DNA from: Eledone cirrhosa
Taxonomy: Eukaryota
Reading direction: 5' to 3'
NCBI GenBank assembly: GCA_964016885.1
Contig: OZ024741.1
Location: 90,954,001-91,018,000 of the forward strand
Length of the DNA stretch: 64,000 bases
Positions 46,382-61,580 of this stretch are shown in pieces. Made by a program: the position numbers and the translations under genes. The notes under the pieces are model-generated. The model did not search any database, had not been told where the DNA came from, and was given only the letters and a program-made list of their open reading frames with translations. Numbering within the stretch: the first letter of the stretch is position 1; each line of letters starts with the position of its first letter.

Positions 46382-46880
46382 ACCTACATTCCGCGGGCTC
46401 ACATACATTCTCTGTGCGTGATTTGGCTCAGCTCAGCCAATCAGCGCCAGTAGAAGAGGATGTATCCCTACGCGTTCTCAGGGAGAAATAGCCCGCAAAG
46501 ATTTGAGGATGCAATGACTTGCAGCTGGACCATGCTAAGGTAAAACACGCTTGTTCTTTTGCTCCGTAAGCACAAACAATATGTAACGACAAAACATTAC
46601 CTACGAGCCTGGCCAAACGCCTTCAACCAGTCGCCCGTATTTTCTCTTGTAATCTTAATTGATTTATTTCATTTCTCTTGGCATGCCAGCTCAACCTCTG
46701 TTAATAAATAATGTAAAACCAAGCTAAAGTTGTTGTCGATATTCCTATAATATCTTTCTACCAAACCTGGTTCCTCGTGGCAACATTACAACTCTCGAAA
46801 TATACTTCTCTGCTAAATTGGTACTTATATACCTCAACCAAATTGGTGACTTATATTCAACAAAGAGAAACATTCCTTTC

Positions 46881-46930
<50 letters not shown>

Positions 46931-49900
46931 TCATCATCATCGTCATCATTTTATATCCGCTTTTCCCTGCTTGCAAGGATAGGACAGATCCTTTTCAGCA
47001 CAGCAGCTCTCCATTCGTCATGGTCCTTCATTATTTCCTATGTGCGGTGGATTGGCAGTATTGGTAGAGGGTCGGACGCCATGCTTTGACGCATAGAGTT
47101 ACGGTCCTTGCCATTCTGAGTTCAAATCCCGCCGAGGTTAACTTTGCCTTTCATCCTTACGGGGTCGATAAAATAAAGTACCAGTAATGCACTGGTTAAT
47201 TGCTGGCCTTGTGCTAAAAGTAGAAACAATTATTTCCTCTGTGAACTTCAGCAATCTGAGATCAGCTCACACCACCTCCGCCCATGATTTTCGTGGTCTT
47301 CGTCTACTGCATCTTCCTTCCACTGGGATTTCTTGGCAGCGGTCATCCTCCATGCGCATCACATGTCCATACCATCTCAGTCTTCTCTCCTGCACACTAC
47401 AGTTTATCCCTCTTATACACAGTTTCTCTCTCAACTCATCCATGCTTCGTCATTCATTCACATTGACATTGCACATCCAACAGAGCATGCTTGCTTCATT
47501 TCTCTCCAGCCGTTGCATATCCTCCGCAGTTGCTGCCCATGTCTCACTACCATGTGTATATAAAAATATATAGGTAAGTTGATATTAAGTAATTATTCTA
47601 GGCCTATGTTAGATGGTTATATAATATTAAGATTCAAGTAGGGTTTCTGTTGCATATCCACCTCAATTCTATTATCTTTCCGATTATGGTTTATGCTCAA
47701 AAGTTTGTTAGTTCTGTATTAGCCTGTAGATAATCTGCTTTATTATGTAAAGGATTTGTCATGTCATATTTTAATTGCTTCTTTCTTTTATTCATGTGAA
47801 GTTGCTTTGTAAGGTGGCAGTTATATTTATTGACTGGACTTATAGCTGTACTTCATTACTTATCATGTTTGTCAGTTTATTAAATAGGTGAAGGTTTTGA
47901 ATTCACACAGGAACATGTATATATGCATGCACACACATGTGTACCAGTGTTATCTCCTCTTTTGTGCAATACATCTAATTACGTTTATACCTAGTTCTTC
48001 CTTCAACTCACCTCTGCTTTGTTCATGCACATTAACATTACACATCCAACAGAGCATGTTAGTCTCACTTTTTTCTAACCTTCCCACATTCTCTGGATTC
48101 AATGCTTATGTCTCACTGCCGTGCACCATATCACTTTGTACACTGGCATTATACTATCTACCCTTTTGTTGTTTTTGTTGCTAGCAGAGATAGTAGTTCC
48201 CTGAACTTTATCCATCCTGTTCTTTTGACAACTATGCTTTCAAAGAACTTTCCTCCACTGCTAATTTGGTCACCTTGGTCACAGAAATTATCAACTATTT
48301 CTATGGAACTTTCTTAGGTCTTCCAACTATTAACTACCTCTGTGCATCTGCCACCCACAAGTCTTTTCTCTGTTAGCCTACTTGTGATTCCTACCTTTGT
48401 GGTAGCAGAATCTTGTCTTCTTTTCTACATACTAAATCTTTGGTGTTTGCTAAGTTTATTCTAAGGCTTTTCAACCCTAGATTTTGTTTCCACATCTGAA
48501 AATTAATTTCTAAATCTTCCACAGACTTGGCTATAATGACAAGGTGATCAGCATATAGAAGTTTCCACAGACAACCAGTCTTAAACTCCCCTGTTATGGC
48601 CTAGAGGACTATAATAAACAGGAGTGGGTTGAGAACTGACATTTTGATGAGCATCCACCATTCCTTACTTGGCTGACAGTACCTGACTATACATGGCTTG
48701 CACTGCTTTCACAAGCCACTTATTGATATGCCTTGAGAGAACAGCAATAAGATGTGGTACATCTCTTTCAGAACAGAATTCTCGTCAACTATTGATTATG
48801 TATCAATATCTTACATGTTAGGGAATATAAATAAATAAAATAAACAAAGATATTTTACTTACCTCTATGGTTCCAACTTTATGAGCAAAGCTATCTATGA
48901 CATCTGAAACCTGTTTTGTATCAATCTGGAAATAGAAACAAATAGTGAAATCAAGAATAATGATTGGAAGAATTATTTAGATACATGGAGCTGGTAGAGT
49001 TAAATGGGCCATGTTCTATCTAAAAAAAAAGAAAACTTCCCATGAGCTATAACTAAGACTCTTCCTACTTAGACTAACATCATAGAGTTATAAAACATAT
49101 TTCTTATGAGTCTATTGAAATGTAAAAAGCAAGAACAAAAGAGTCTAGTAAGCCAAGAAACTAGTGTAGTTGCAATCAATGGCAAGTCAAAGTAATTTCA
49201 CTTAACCTACAAATAATTTTCGGTTAGGTATGAGTGTCATAATTCATACTCTAATTCAATTGCTTTAAAATAGATGAGTATTCATGTTAGTTCAAGAAGA
49301 AACAAATATTTTGCATGGTATAAAAAGACTAGTTATGAAATTGTAAAGTTGTTAGAGCAGTAAGTAGCAAGATCTCACAGAATGCTAGCTGCTTCAAATG
49401 CCCAGAGGAGTTTGTAAAAATATTAGATAGTTTCTGTTACTTGGGTGATGACATTAGCAGTGGAGGGGTGTTCTGAAAGCACAGTGGCCAGAGTGAGAAT
49501 GGGTAGGAGAAATTTCATTGAGCTACAACTGCTGCTATCAACAAAAGTTTTTTCCCTCAAAATGAAGGGCAGATTGTGTGATGCATGTATACAAACAGCA
49601 ATGTTACATGGTGGTGAGACCTGTGAAGATTGGAAACAAATGAAGCTTCCATGCTTTGATGGATATGTAATAGTAATATACATAACGGCAAAGCATAAAT
49701 GAACTGAGAGAGAAACTGAGTATAAGAGGGATCCGATGCAGTGTGCAAGAGAGGAGATTACGTTGGTATGGACATGTGATGTTTATGAAAGATGACAGCT
49801 GTATAAAAAGGTGTAGAGCACTCAAAGTTGATGGAAGCTATGGAAGAAGACCTAGGAAGACACTTGGGATGATGTGATAAAAGCTGACCTTACACAATTA

Positions 49901-50352
49901 CACTTCTCAAAAGTGATGATACAAGATCAAAATCTAAGGTGTTATGAAGTAATACTGAAGACCGCCCTTCCCATGTGCTCAGGTTGAAGCATACATCTAG
50001 TATGCACCATCTCACCCTCCATCACTCCTTCCATACACCTCCCATGTTGTAACACTCCCCCCACATCCTAACACCCACCCATGTCCTAACAACCCACCCT
50101 TCACCTATGCCCCTAGATTTACTTCCCACACCCAAGTTCCCAGTCCACACTGTTAAGAGGTCATTTTGATACCATGACAAAAAGCACCCTGTCCATACTG
50201 TCAAGTGGTCATGTAAGTGTCATGACAAAAAGTGTTCAGCCCACACTGTAAAGTGGTTGTGTAGGTGTCACAACAAAATTCAACCAGCGAGGACTGTAAA
50301 TTAAGCTGAGTATTTTACAGCTGGATGCCCCTCCTAACACCATATATATATA

Positions 50353-50386
<34 letters not shown>

Positions 50387-50754
50387 GTCATAAGGAGCTA
50401 CTAAAAGGGTTGGTGTCAGGAAAGGCATAGAGAAATCAATGTAAAAATGATGATGATAATATATATATATAACATTAGAGTATTAGAAGAGCATTTGTCT
50501 CATTCCTCTACATTCTGAGTTCAAATCCCACCAAGGTCTATTTTGCTTTTCATCCTATCAGGGTTGATAAAGAATGTACCAGTCCAATGCTGGTGCAGCA
50601 CTCTCTCCTTCCATCTATCACATCCTGGATGTTCCATTTGATCAAAGGAGGGAGTGTCAAAAAGGTGTCTGCTCATGACTGCATGAACACATAAGACGTT
50701 TAGGGAAAATGTTGTACATACGACCAAGTCATATTCGATTGTGAGCGATGGGTG

Positions 50755-50814
<60 letters not shown>

Positions 50815-53800
50815 AAGCGTAAAGACCCCCCTTCGGTTATGAATGATCATGGATTTGAACCTCTGAAGCACAAATCAGGACAAGGTTGGTTATAAAAGAC
50901 TAGTAGTCACCCATGCATACCAGTCTACCTTTTCCACGCTAATGTTGTCCAGAGGAAAGGTACCAGTGTCGTCGCAACACATTTCTAAATTGAAGCCCCA
51001 TGAAATAAAGTGTTTTTCAAGGATACAACGCATCACCTGGTCCAAGAATTGAACTCACAACCTCATGATTGCAAGGCCAATGCTCTAATATATATATATA
51101 TCTTATATATAAAGTGAAGTTTTGTTTGTTTGTTTGGTGTCCCGAACTTGCAGGCTACACCGTTCATCCGATTTTCATGAAACTTGACATATATAAAACT
51201 CGACCCGTAGATTGGCAGAAGCCAAAAATTAATATTTTCAAAAATCGTCCGATTTCGATGAAACTCGAGGCAAGTGTGTATTTTGATCCGGGGATGAATG
51301 TGGGCTACATTAAAGTTTCGAAAAATCGATAATTGGATCACCGGAGGCAAAAATCGATATTTACGAAATTTGTCCGATTCCAATGAAATTTGACGTAGGA
51401 TTGTATTTTGATGCGGGGATCAACGTGGGAAAAATCCGGCAACCGAAATACCCCTGCCCTCTCGCTTCTTTGCACGCCGTCGATCCACTGCATCGTTGTG
51501 CATCACCATGAGCATCTCTGTCTTGTCAGCCGCAATTCATTCCCCGGCCCTTTCCATTGCCTGCCCTCCGTGGTCCCTAAGGACTGCCACGGCTCAACAT
51601 GCCGAATCCCTGCCACCGTCCACCCCTGCCCATTTCCATTGCCTACATTCCAGGAGAGCTCAAGACTTCCATGCCTGACCAAGCCGCATCTCTGCCACCG
51701 TCAACCCCTGCCCTCTCCCTTCCCTGCACGCTGTCGTCCCACTGCATCGTCATGTCTCACCATGCCGCATTACTGCCCTGTTGGTCACCATCCCCTCCTC
51801 GGCCCTTTCTTTTGCCTGCCCGCCGTGCTCCTTCAAGACTGCCATGCCTAACCAAGCCGCATCCCTGCCACCATCAAGTCTTGCCCTCTCCCTTCCCTGC
51901 ACGCCATTGTCCCACTGCATCGTCATGCCTCATCAATGCTCTGTCAGCTGCCATGCCCTCCTCTGCCCTCTCCCTTACCCCTTGGTCCTTCATGAGTGCC
52001 ATGGCTCACCATGCAGAATCCCTGCAACCATCAATCCCGGCCATCTCCCTTCCCTGCACGCCGTGGACCCACTGCATCGTTATGCCTCACCATGCCGCAT
52101 CCATGATCTGTCAGCCTCCATCCCCTCCTCAGCCTTTTATTTTGCCTGCCCGCCGTGCTCCTTCAAGACTGCCATGCCTAACTAAGCCGCATCCCTGCCA
52201 CCGTCAACCCCTGCCCTCTCCCTTGCCCGCATGCCTTGGTCCCTCACGACTGCCATGGCTCACCATGCGGCATTCCTGCCCTGTCAGCAACTTGCTCAAA
52301 TGTCATCAGCATGGTTTATTCCTGTGCCGCACATAACCGCCCATTATCTCAGGCTAAAGCCAGCATCGAACATGAAGACGATCCTGTGTAAGTCTTTTTA
52401 CATTCATTTTGACCATATTTAACAAATTAAACAAAAATTCATCCCTTTCTCCTCCAAAGCCTACCGATCATGTATGGCCGATAAACATCCTGCCTTTCAC
52501 CCGGTTTTCTCAAACAATCATCATGCCCCCTGGTGCTCTCTACATTCCCGAGGTGCAACTCAATTGGCATGCCACATCCACGCCCTGTCAACCGCCATGC
52601 ACCCTGCCCTTTCGTCATGCCTCATCATGTTGCATCGCTGCCCTGTCAGCCACCATCCACTCCCCGACCCTTTCCACTGCCTAGGCATGGCAGTCTTGAG
52701 GGACCAAGTCGCATCCCTGCCACTGTCAACCCCTGCCCTCTCCGTTCCCTGCATGCCGTCGTCCCACTGCATTGTCATGCATCACCATGCCGCATCAATG
52801 CTCTGTCAGCCGCCATCCCCTCCTCGGCCCTTTTTTTTGCCTGTCCGCAATGCACCTTCAAGACTACCATGGCTCACCATGCGGCATCCTTGCCACCGTC
52901 CACCCCTGCCCTCTTCCTTGCCTGCTGGCCGTTGTCCCACTGCATCATCATGCCTCAGGATGCCGCATCCATGCACTGTCAGCCACCATCCCCTCCTCGG
53001 CCCTTTCTTTTGCCTGACCGCCATGCTCCTTCAAGACTCCCATGGCTATCTATGCCGCATCAATTCCTTGCCACCCACTTAAACGTCATCAGCATGGCTT
53101 ATTGTTGCCCCATTTGACCACCGATTTTCGCAGGCTAAACACAATACCAACGTGCATGATAGTCCATGGTAAATCTTTTTAATTACATGTTCATCATGCT
53201 AAGCAATGGATGAATAGCAACTCTTTCATTTCTCCTGACATGCCTTTCTGACAATTATGGACGAGAGGCATCATGTGTAGCATCGCGTCTTCTCAAGCGA
53301 TCAGCGTGCCTTCCACTGTCCTCACAATTGACTCACAACACCGCATCTATTCCCTGCGACACCCCTAAACGTCATCAGCATGGCTTATTTTTCTGCAGTG
53401 TTTAACCGGCCCTCATTCTAGGCCATAAACAACAAAACCGCACGATGATGCTGCGTAAGTCTATTTAAATTAATGGTCAACATGTTCAGCAAAACAATGA
53501 TACCAATTCTTCCTCTTCACCTCCAAGGCCTATCCATTACATCTTAGAGCTCGGGATTCTCAATTTCAACGATTTCAATATTGACACAACAGTCCGTCAG
53601 GTTTTTCGGCACATGTTGCTCCGATAGGAATATCAACGGGATTTTCACTTAATTCGTAAGTGTTCAGTCTTCCGTATGCTTTTATTTTTTATTGATACAA
53701 CACCAACTACAATCATCTAACTTCACTTTGTAGGCTAGACGCGAATCACAAGGAAAACAATCCTCTGATATACAACCCCACCAAATTCTTTGGTCTACCT

Positions 53801-54824
53801 AGATTTCAATGGCTATATCCTTTGCTTTTGTACGGTTGTACATTTGACAATGTCGCAAAACATTATTCCACTTGATTCTTACCTTTCAGCTATGAATTGG
53901 GCAGTGCCTTAAAATCCCGGTTTATTTGCGTGCAATTTTTTGGTATCTTATGAATGGAGAATCGAAAACCCTTTTTCTCATAACCTGATACATGCGTTAC
54001 ACATGCTCCGTGGATGTTTGTGGACTATTTTTTCAAAATACCAATATCACAGATTGAAGCACAAAAAGAAACATTTGTTCTTCATTTATTTCAGTTAAAG
54101 CATCCGGTTGGAATTTAGCGCAGACTCATTTAAATCCAGCGCCTTACAACCCCAAGTGTAACTAGGTACACCAGCTAGAAAGACAAATGGAAACATTGTT
54201 TCCTCGGTCCGATTTGACGAAAGTCGATTTAGTTCCACAACAAATTAACAAACCATACTTGAAGACACGTTGAGGCTGTTGCAAAGGGCAATAACCTTAG
54301 ACACAATTTTGATCAACTTTTTTTCACCTATAGCAAATTTACCGGGACAGGTTTTTAGCTACTCAAATCTACTTCAGAGGTCACGCATTCATGTAAAAAA
54401 TCAATAAAACTAAAGCGAGGGTTCGACTTTGCGCTAAAAACTAGGCAAAGTTGCACATAGGAAAACTTTTTACAGGAACATCCGATTTTCTTGAAAACTG
54501 TCGCAAAAATGCTGTGTGTCGCAAAAATGCCGCGGTTCAGATAAAGTCCCTTTTATTTCTTCTTCTGCACATGTGAGTGCGAAAATTGTAAATTCAATTT
54601 CAAGTGAATTTGACTTCTGTCAGTCGTGCAAAGAATAATTTCAACGATACACTGTGAACCTACAATTGATCCATTATTTATACACCTGCGTCTACTAACC
54701 TCTGTTTTTTTCCTTGAAGTTCGAAGGTTTTTGCACCTGTGATGCGCGGGAAGTAACTTTCACGCATTTTAACAACAGAGCAAAGATCGACTTACACCTG
54801 GGCAACGCCGGGTACTTCTGCTAG

Positions 54825-54856
<32 letters not shown>

Positions 54857-57800
54857 TGCACCATAATCGTTAGTAGCACTGGTTTACATCAATTTTTTAT
54901 GCTAACATTGATAAAACTAGGTTGCCACGATCTGATACTAAACAGGTAGAATGACCACATCCTACTCATATGTTCCAGTTTGGCATGGTTTCTACAGATG
55001 GGTACCCTTCTTAATTCCAACTGCTTTACAGTGGTATATAATACTTACGCCATGGGCCAATGATTTCAAAAAGACTTCAACTGACCCAATCATATATGGG
55101 GCAGTTGGATCATCATAAAAAGGATCTTTGTCCTGTAAAACAAGAAAATATATAAATTTTATTTCATTAAAGGTTTACAAAACAATCTATTTAAACCTTT
55201 TTTATATATATTTGTGTGTGTGTGTGTTGGCTAACAAGGAGAACAGGCATTAAAGGATGATGATGATATACACATATATATATACACATACAAACATAGG
55301 TATGTGTTTGGAAGTGTACAGAATAATATATTGATAAAGTATATTTGTTAGAAGTAATAAAACACTGTTTATCACTTGGATAAAAATATAATAATAAAAC
55401 ATTGCTTATAATTTGAATCTAGATATTTTGTCTATTTATATTTACACTTATACACATATGTATATATGAGACCATACATAAACGAGATGCAGATCTCTGA
55501 CTTGTCTGGGAGATCAGTAGCCCACTCCAATACTGACTTGATTTATGTAGACCCGTCCAAACTTTGCTAGCAGGGAAACTGGGCATTAAGATGATAATGA
55601 TATATATATATCTATTTCTTCTTTAATTTCTGTCTTTTCTGTTCACAGGCTTGGATCAAGCTAATGCTATGATAAAGATTACTTGCCTAAGATGACACAT
55701 AGTCGGATTGAACCTGGAACCTTATGACTGCAAAAGAAACTTCCTAACCACTTAGCCATGCTTGAATTCAATAATTGTAATCATATTTACATTAAAATGA
55801 ACATTTTTCACTGGTAGAAGTAGCTGTAATATTTTAATGGTTAAACTAAATACTGTTACATATTAGTATTTTCTCTCAGAAATGAGTGGCTTGTGAAAGC
55901 TATACAAGCCATATATAGAGGAAAAGTTAGCAAGGTTAGAATTAACAATGACTATAGTGGAGAATTTAGCATACAGCTAGGCGTTCATCAGGGCTCCATT
56001 CTTAACCCTCTCCTGTTTATTATTGCCTTGCAGACTATAACCGAAGAGTTTAAGACTGGCTGTCCATGGGAACTTCTGTATGCAGATGATCTAACTCTCA
56101 TAGCTGAATCTATGGCAGAATTAGAAAGGAAATTCCAAACCTGGAACCATGGCCTAGAACCAAAATGTCTTAAAGTTAACTTGTCAAAGACTAAAGTTCT
56201 AGTATGTAGAAAGGAAAATAAGGCCCAGAATCCCTCTGAAAAATGGCCTTGTTCAGTGTGCAGGAAAGGAGTAGGTAGAAATTCCCATATATGTCCCAAA
56301 TGCAAGCTATAGGTACATGAAAGATGTAGTTGGATCACAGGTAGGCTATCAAAGAACATAGGTTTTATATGTGGCCGATACTCAGGTGCAATAACAAGTG
56401 CCCACAGGATACTAGCTCCTGTAAAGTGGTTGTATAGGAGTCATGACAAAATGCACCCAGCCCACACAGTAAATGTGGTTGGTGTTAGGAAGAGCATCCA
56501 GCCATAGAAACCTATCCAGAAACAGTTCTATATGAGCAAGACATGGTCACCTGACCCAACTTGGGACAACTGATCTAACCCATGCTAGTGTGGAAAATAG
56601 ACGTTAAACGATGATGATCATGATGATGATTGGTTATGCATATATCAATTAATATAAGAAATACATTTTGATATTCATACAAATTACATTTTACACATTT
56701 ATAAAATAATGTTGAGAAAGTAATATTTACTTGAGGAAGTTTCCAGTTCTCTCCATTAATGAATTGTTGATAAATCTCTTGCATGATGTATTTACGGTTG
56801 AGAAATTCCTGTCTTGACCAAATCCATTCAATATCATTTTCTGTGTCTGAAACTTTTACCTGCACCTGTAATTATTTCTTTGAAATTTGAAACACTACAG
56901 GAAAATGTATGTAAGCTAAAAATGTTTACTATCTCTCTCTCTCACTCCATATATACATATATATATTCTTAAAGAAGGAAACTGGTAGAGATATTAGAGT
57001 GTCAGATCAGATTAGAATGCTTTGCAGTATTCGTTCTGGTTCTCTTCCAATGTTACCTCTAAGGTCAACTTTGCTTGTCATTCATTCTAGGTCAATATAA
57101 AAAGTATCACTTAGTACTGGGGTCTGTTCTCTCTCTCTCTAGAAGAAGAAGAAGAAGAAGAAGAAGAAGAAGAAGAAGAAGAAGAAGAAGAAGAAGATAT
57201 ACATATATATACATATATATATATATACATATGTATATATATATATATATATCGAGAGAGAGAAGAAGAAAAGTGATAGATAGATAGATAGATAGATAGA
57301 TATATAGATAGATAGACAGACCTGTTTGTATATACAGGTGTGAGCATCTGTTTGTGTATTTATTTAAAACTGCAACAAAACAACCATGAAAAGGGTCAAT
57401 GTGCTTCCCATCAGGCTCAACTATAGGTATATTTATGTACATCTAACAATGTTGCTATCTTTGGACAATAACAGCAACCTACAATTATGTCTTTCTTCCT
57501 ATCTATCTGTCTGTATATAGCTATCTATTTAAGTATATCTACCATTTTCGCAAAGGTAGTGCACACTAGATCAATCCTATATTAGTTGTTGTGTTATTGT
57601 AGCACTAGTAAACCACGGTAAATATGATAGCTAATATTACTATAATTGAATATAATTAATGTAAACTGAAATATGGAGATGGTCAGAAAGAAGAAGAAGA
57701 AGAAGAAGAAGAAGGAGGAGGAGGAGGAGAAGAAGAAGAAGAAATTCTGCTGTGTTCATACCTGGAAAGGGGATAGGCTATACCAAGTTTAAAATTCCCA

Positions 57801-60800
57801 AGAAATGTTGTATGTCATGACTGCCCCCCTATAACTCCACCAAGAGTTACAGGTCCATACATAAATATATGTTTTTCATTATCACACTAAACATTCATGG
57901 CTGGTTAAGAAATGATCAATGATATTAAGAGCAGTGCAATTGACACATGTTTGGGAGCTAAATAATAGCTGTACATTTCTTATGGTCACCTATCCTTCTA
58001 GGGTCAATAAAATAAGTACGAGTTTCATGTTAAGGTGGATTTAACTAGCTAAATTTAATCTGCAACATAATTAGTTTTGGGTATAAACAGAAGACATTTT
58101 TCTGGTTATAAATTCATATATTATTTTAAACGTCATCTAGATACACTACTTTCTAGTATAGAAACAGGATCAAATATTAGCAGAGTTTGATATGCTTGTC
58201 TTCATAAGTTGAGAGATTATGGTATTTCTGGACATATATTCAAACTGATTGAGACTTTCTTATCAAAGAGCATATTTTCTCAGCATGGTATTCATGCTGA
58301 TGACACAACTTTTTATTCTTGTCTTAATGGTAAATCTGATGTGTTTGTTAAAGTTGAATTTAACACCTGATCTTGAATATAAATTTCCTTCAATCTGTAG
58401 TTGAATGGTGTGAGAGGTGGCTTGTGACTTTTAATGCATCTAAGACTAAACTGCTATCTTTTAATTACAATAGAAAACCACTTTTCCCTTCCATTAGTAT
58501 GGTTGATCATAACCTCCAGGAGAGCTACTCTGCTTTGTTGCTTCATCTGCATGATTTTAAATATAACACCAGATGTGTGGATAGGTCTCATCCCTTTACA
58601 GTTTAAATTCCTAGATGTAATTATAAATACTATTCTTATAGTTTCTTCCATCACACATCTCGCCTTTGGAATTCTCTTCCAGTTTCTTCTTTCCTCACAA
58701 CTACTATTTGCAAAAATTCAAAAGCAATATCAATCATCATCTCTCTCCTTGAATTATGTTCTCTCTGTTTTGTCCTTTTCCCTTCTTGGGAACATTTTTT
58801 ACAACATTTTAGTGGCTTTATTGCTTTATTTGGGATGAAAGAAAGAAAAGTCCACCTTTGTCCACTGGTGCCATGACAAAATGCACTCAGTCCACCCTTT
58901 AAAGTGGTAGTGCCTGTGTCATGAAAAAAGCTCCCAATACACAGCCATAGAAAACTAAGCCAAAATCAGATTGTGTGAACTAGACAAGGTCACCTAACTT
59001 CTCTGACATCAGACCTATCTAACTCATGCAAGCATCGAAAATGTTAAATGGTGATGATGATAATTATATAACAGCCAAATCCCAAGATATATATACTTAG
59101 TTAAGAACTGCTTAAATTAATAACAAATAGATGTTTTCCAAATCTTGAAAGCCAGTCTTTAGTTCCAATTTTATCTTATGAAGCAGATAGGATGCCAGTC
59201 TATTCTAAGTAGTCTTCCAGGATAATCAGGTACCAATTGTCAACTGATATCAGAGCTGTGGTTATGTAGAAGTGTATAGTCCAGAAATACAACATTTGGG
59301 GTGATCTGAATTCATAAACTAAGCATTTGTAGTACAATACTTCATCCACACGGTCATTTTGCCTCAAAATAATAATAAAGTTTATGCTATAGATCTAATG
59401 AAACACTGAATCAGACATGAAGGGAGAAATTATTTAACAACTTTACCACATCATAAGCTATAAACAAAGCAGTTCTTCCTAGCAGACAACAACAAATAAA
59501 ACAATTATAACAAATTACATATTCATAATGTTCTAATAGAAATTAATGATTTGTCTGCAAAGTGAAGCATCTCACCTCAGATTGATTGTTAAGCATTAAA
59601 GAAAATGTTTTCTTTGCATCAAGTTCTTTACTGATTGCATTAACTTCTTCAATAGCTGGTAACATTTCAAGCAAGTCTTCTTCCAGTAAAGTATCTGTTG
59701 ATAGGAGCAAGAGTTTATGTTATTAAATACAAGGTAATGAAAGGTGCTGAAAGGGACATAGTTAAGTCAGATGAGATGCAGTTTGGATTTATGCCAGGTA
59801 TCTGATGAGACAACTACAAGAGAGTAAGCCACTATATCTAGCATTTATAGATATAGAGAAAGCCTTTGACAAAGTCCCACACTCCATAATTTTCTGAGCA
59901 CTTAGGAAGCTAGGTGTTGATGAATGGCTTGCAAAGGTTGCGCAGGCTATGTATATAGGAGCAACCAGCAAAATGAGAATTAGCAATAAGTACAGTAATG
60001 AACTTGAAATGCAAGTGGGGGTCCACCAGGGCTCAATCTACTCCACATTATCATTGTCCTTCAGGCATTCACCCAATTTAAAACTGGCTCTCCATGGGGG
60101 TTCATATATCCAGATGACCTAGTTGAATCCATAGAAGAGTTAGAGGCAAAATTTCAAGCATGGAAGAAGAACACAGAATTGAAAGACCTAAAAATAGACT
60201 TAGCAAAGGCGAAAGTCTTAATAAGTAGAAAAGAAGACAGGAGGATGAGACCATCAGGGAAGTGACCTTGTTTGATAAGTCAGAAAGAGGTGGGCAGAAA
60301 TTCAATAAAATGCACACACTGTAATTTACAGGTGCACAAAAAAATGTAGTGGGAAAGATAGACTCTGTATGCAATGAATACACAGGAAAAGTAAGCACTA
60401 AGAGCACATGTGAAACGAATACCCATCTGTCACCCATTTATTTTTACACATGCCCTCCAAAGCTCTCTATCCATCATCAGCATTCTGAACTCTCCTACAC
60501 TGGTATCTTCCAGCAAGCCATCAATGTAATTTTTTTTCCTTCTACCCCTGCTTTTAAATCCATCTGATAGTTCTCACAGAACAAGATCATTTGCTACCTC
60601 CTCATGGCAGCAAGTGATCTTGTTCTGTAGGATCCATCAGATTATCAATCATATCATCATGATGGTCATCATCATTTTTACGTCTATTTTTCCATATTGT
60701 TATGGATTGAACAAGAGGTGGTATTCTATAGAAAGATGTTCTGCCCAATATCAATCCTTAGTTGTTTCTTAAGTAAGATATTGTTTATACAGGAAATAAA

Positions 60801-61329
60801 CAAATATCACAATCTGCCAAAATAGTGTTAATGGAAAGACATGCAAAGACAACACACATGCACACACACACATATATCACATAAAATATATACATAAGAT
60901 GAGCTTCTGCACAGTTACGGATTTCATTCACAAGGCATTTATATATATATGTTCAGATCTAGCTGTTGAAAAGGCCGAGCTCAGCCGTCAGGGTCCTCAT
61001 TATTTTATATATATATTAGAAAAAAAACAAGGAAGTTTTGTTTACATGTATATATGATATTTATTGTGTATCGACCTGTCATGCGTGTTTCACAGTGGAT
61101 TGGCTCAAAGTCACCTATAGGAGGTATGGACCCAACTCCACTATTGATCTGCTCTTCTATTAGTGACCTTGAGCTAATCCTCTGTGAAACGCACATAACA
61201 GGTCAATATGCAATAAGTATCATATACATGTAAATAAAACTTCCTCATTTTTTTTTCTAATATATAAACTCTGTCTGTGCATAGAGTGCTTGCTTTGGTA
61301 CCAACACCAGTAATTCACTGAACCACCTA

Positions 61330-61397
<68 letters not shown>

Positions 61398-61531
61398 AAT
61401 GAATAATAACAGGTAGACATCATAAAAAGGTAATTTATTCCGTGTGCTTACAAATGTTTCCAAACGTCACCGTACGTCAACCATATCCAGTGTAGTAATT
61501 AACCATTACTACATCTTGGATAATCCTATAC

Positions 61532-61580
<49 letters not shown>

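Noticed and set aside
51408-53117. Pro/Cys/His-rich ORFs up to 245 aa
   Set aside because: Open in several frames because of repeat composition inside a Helitron; no splice or domain evidence.
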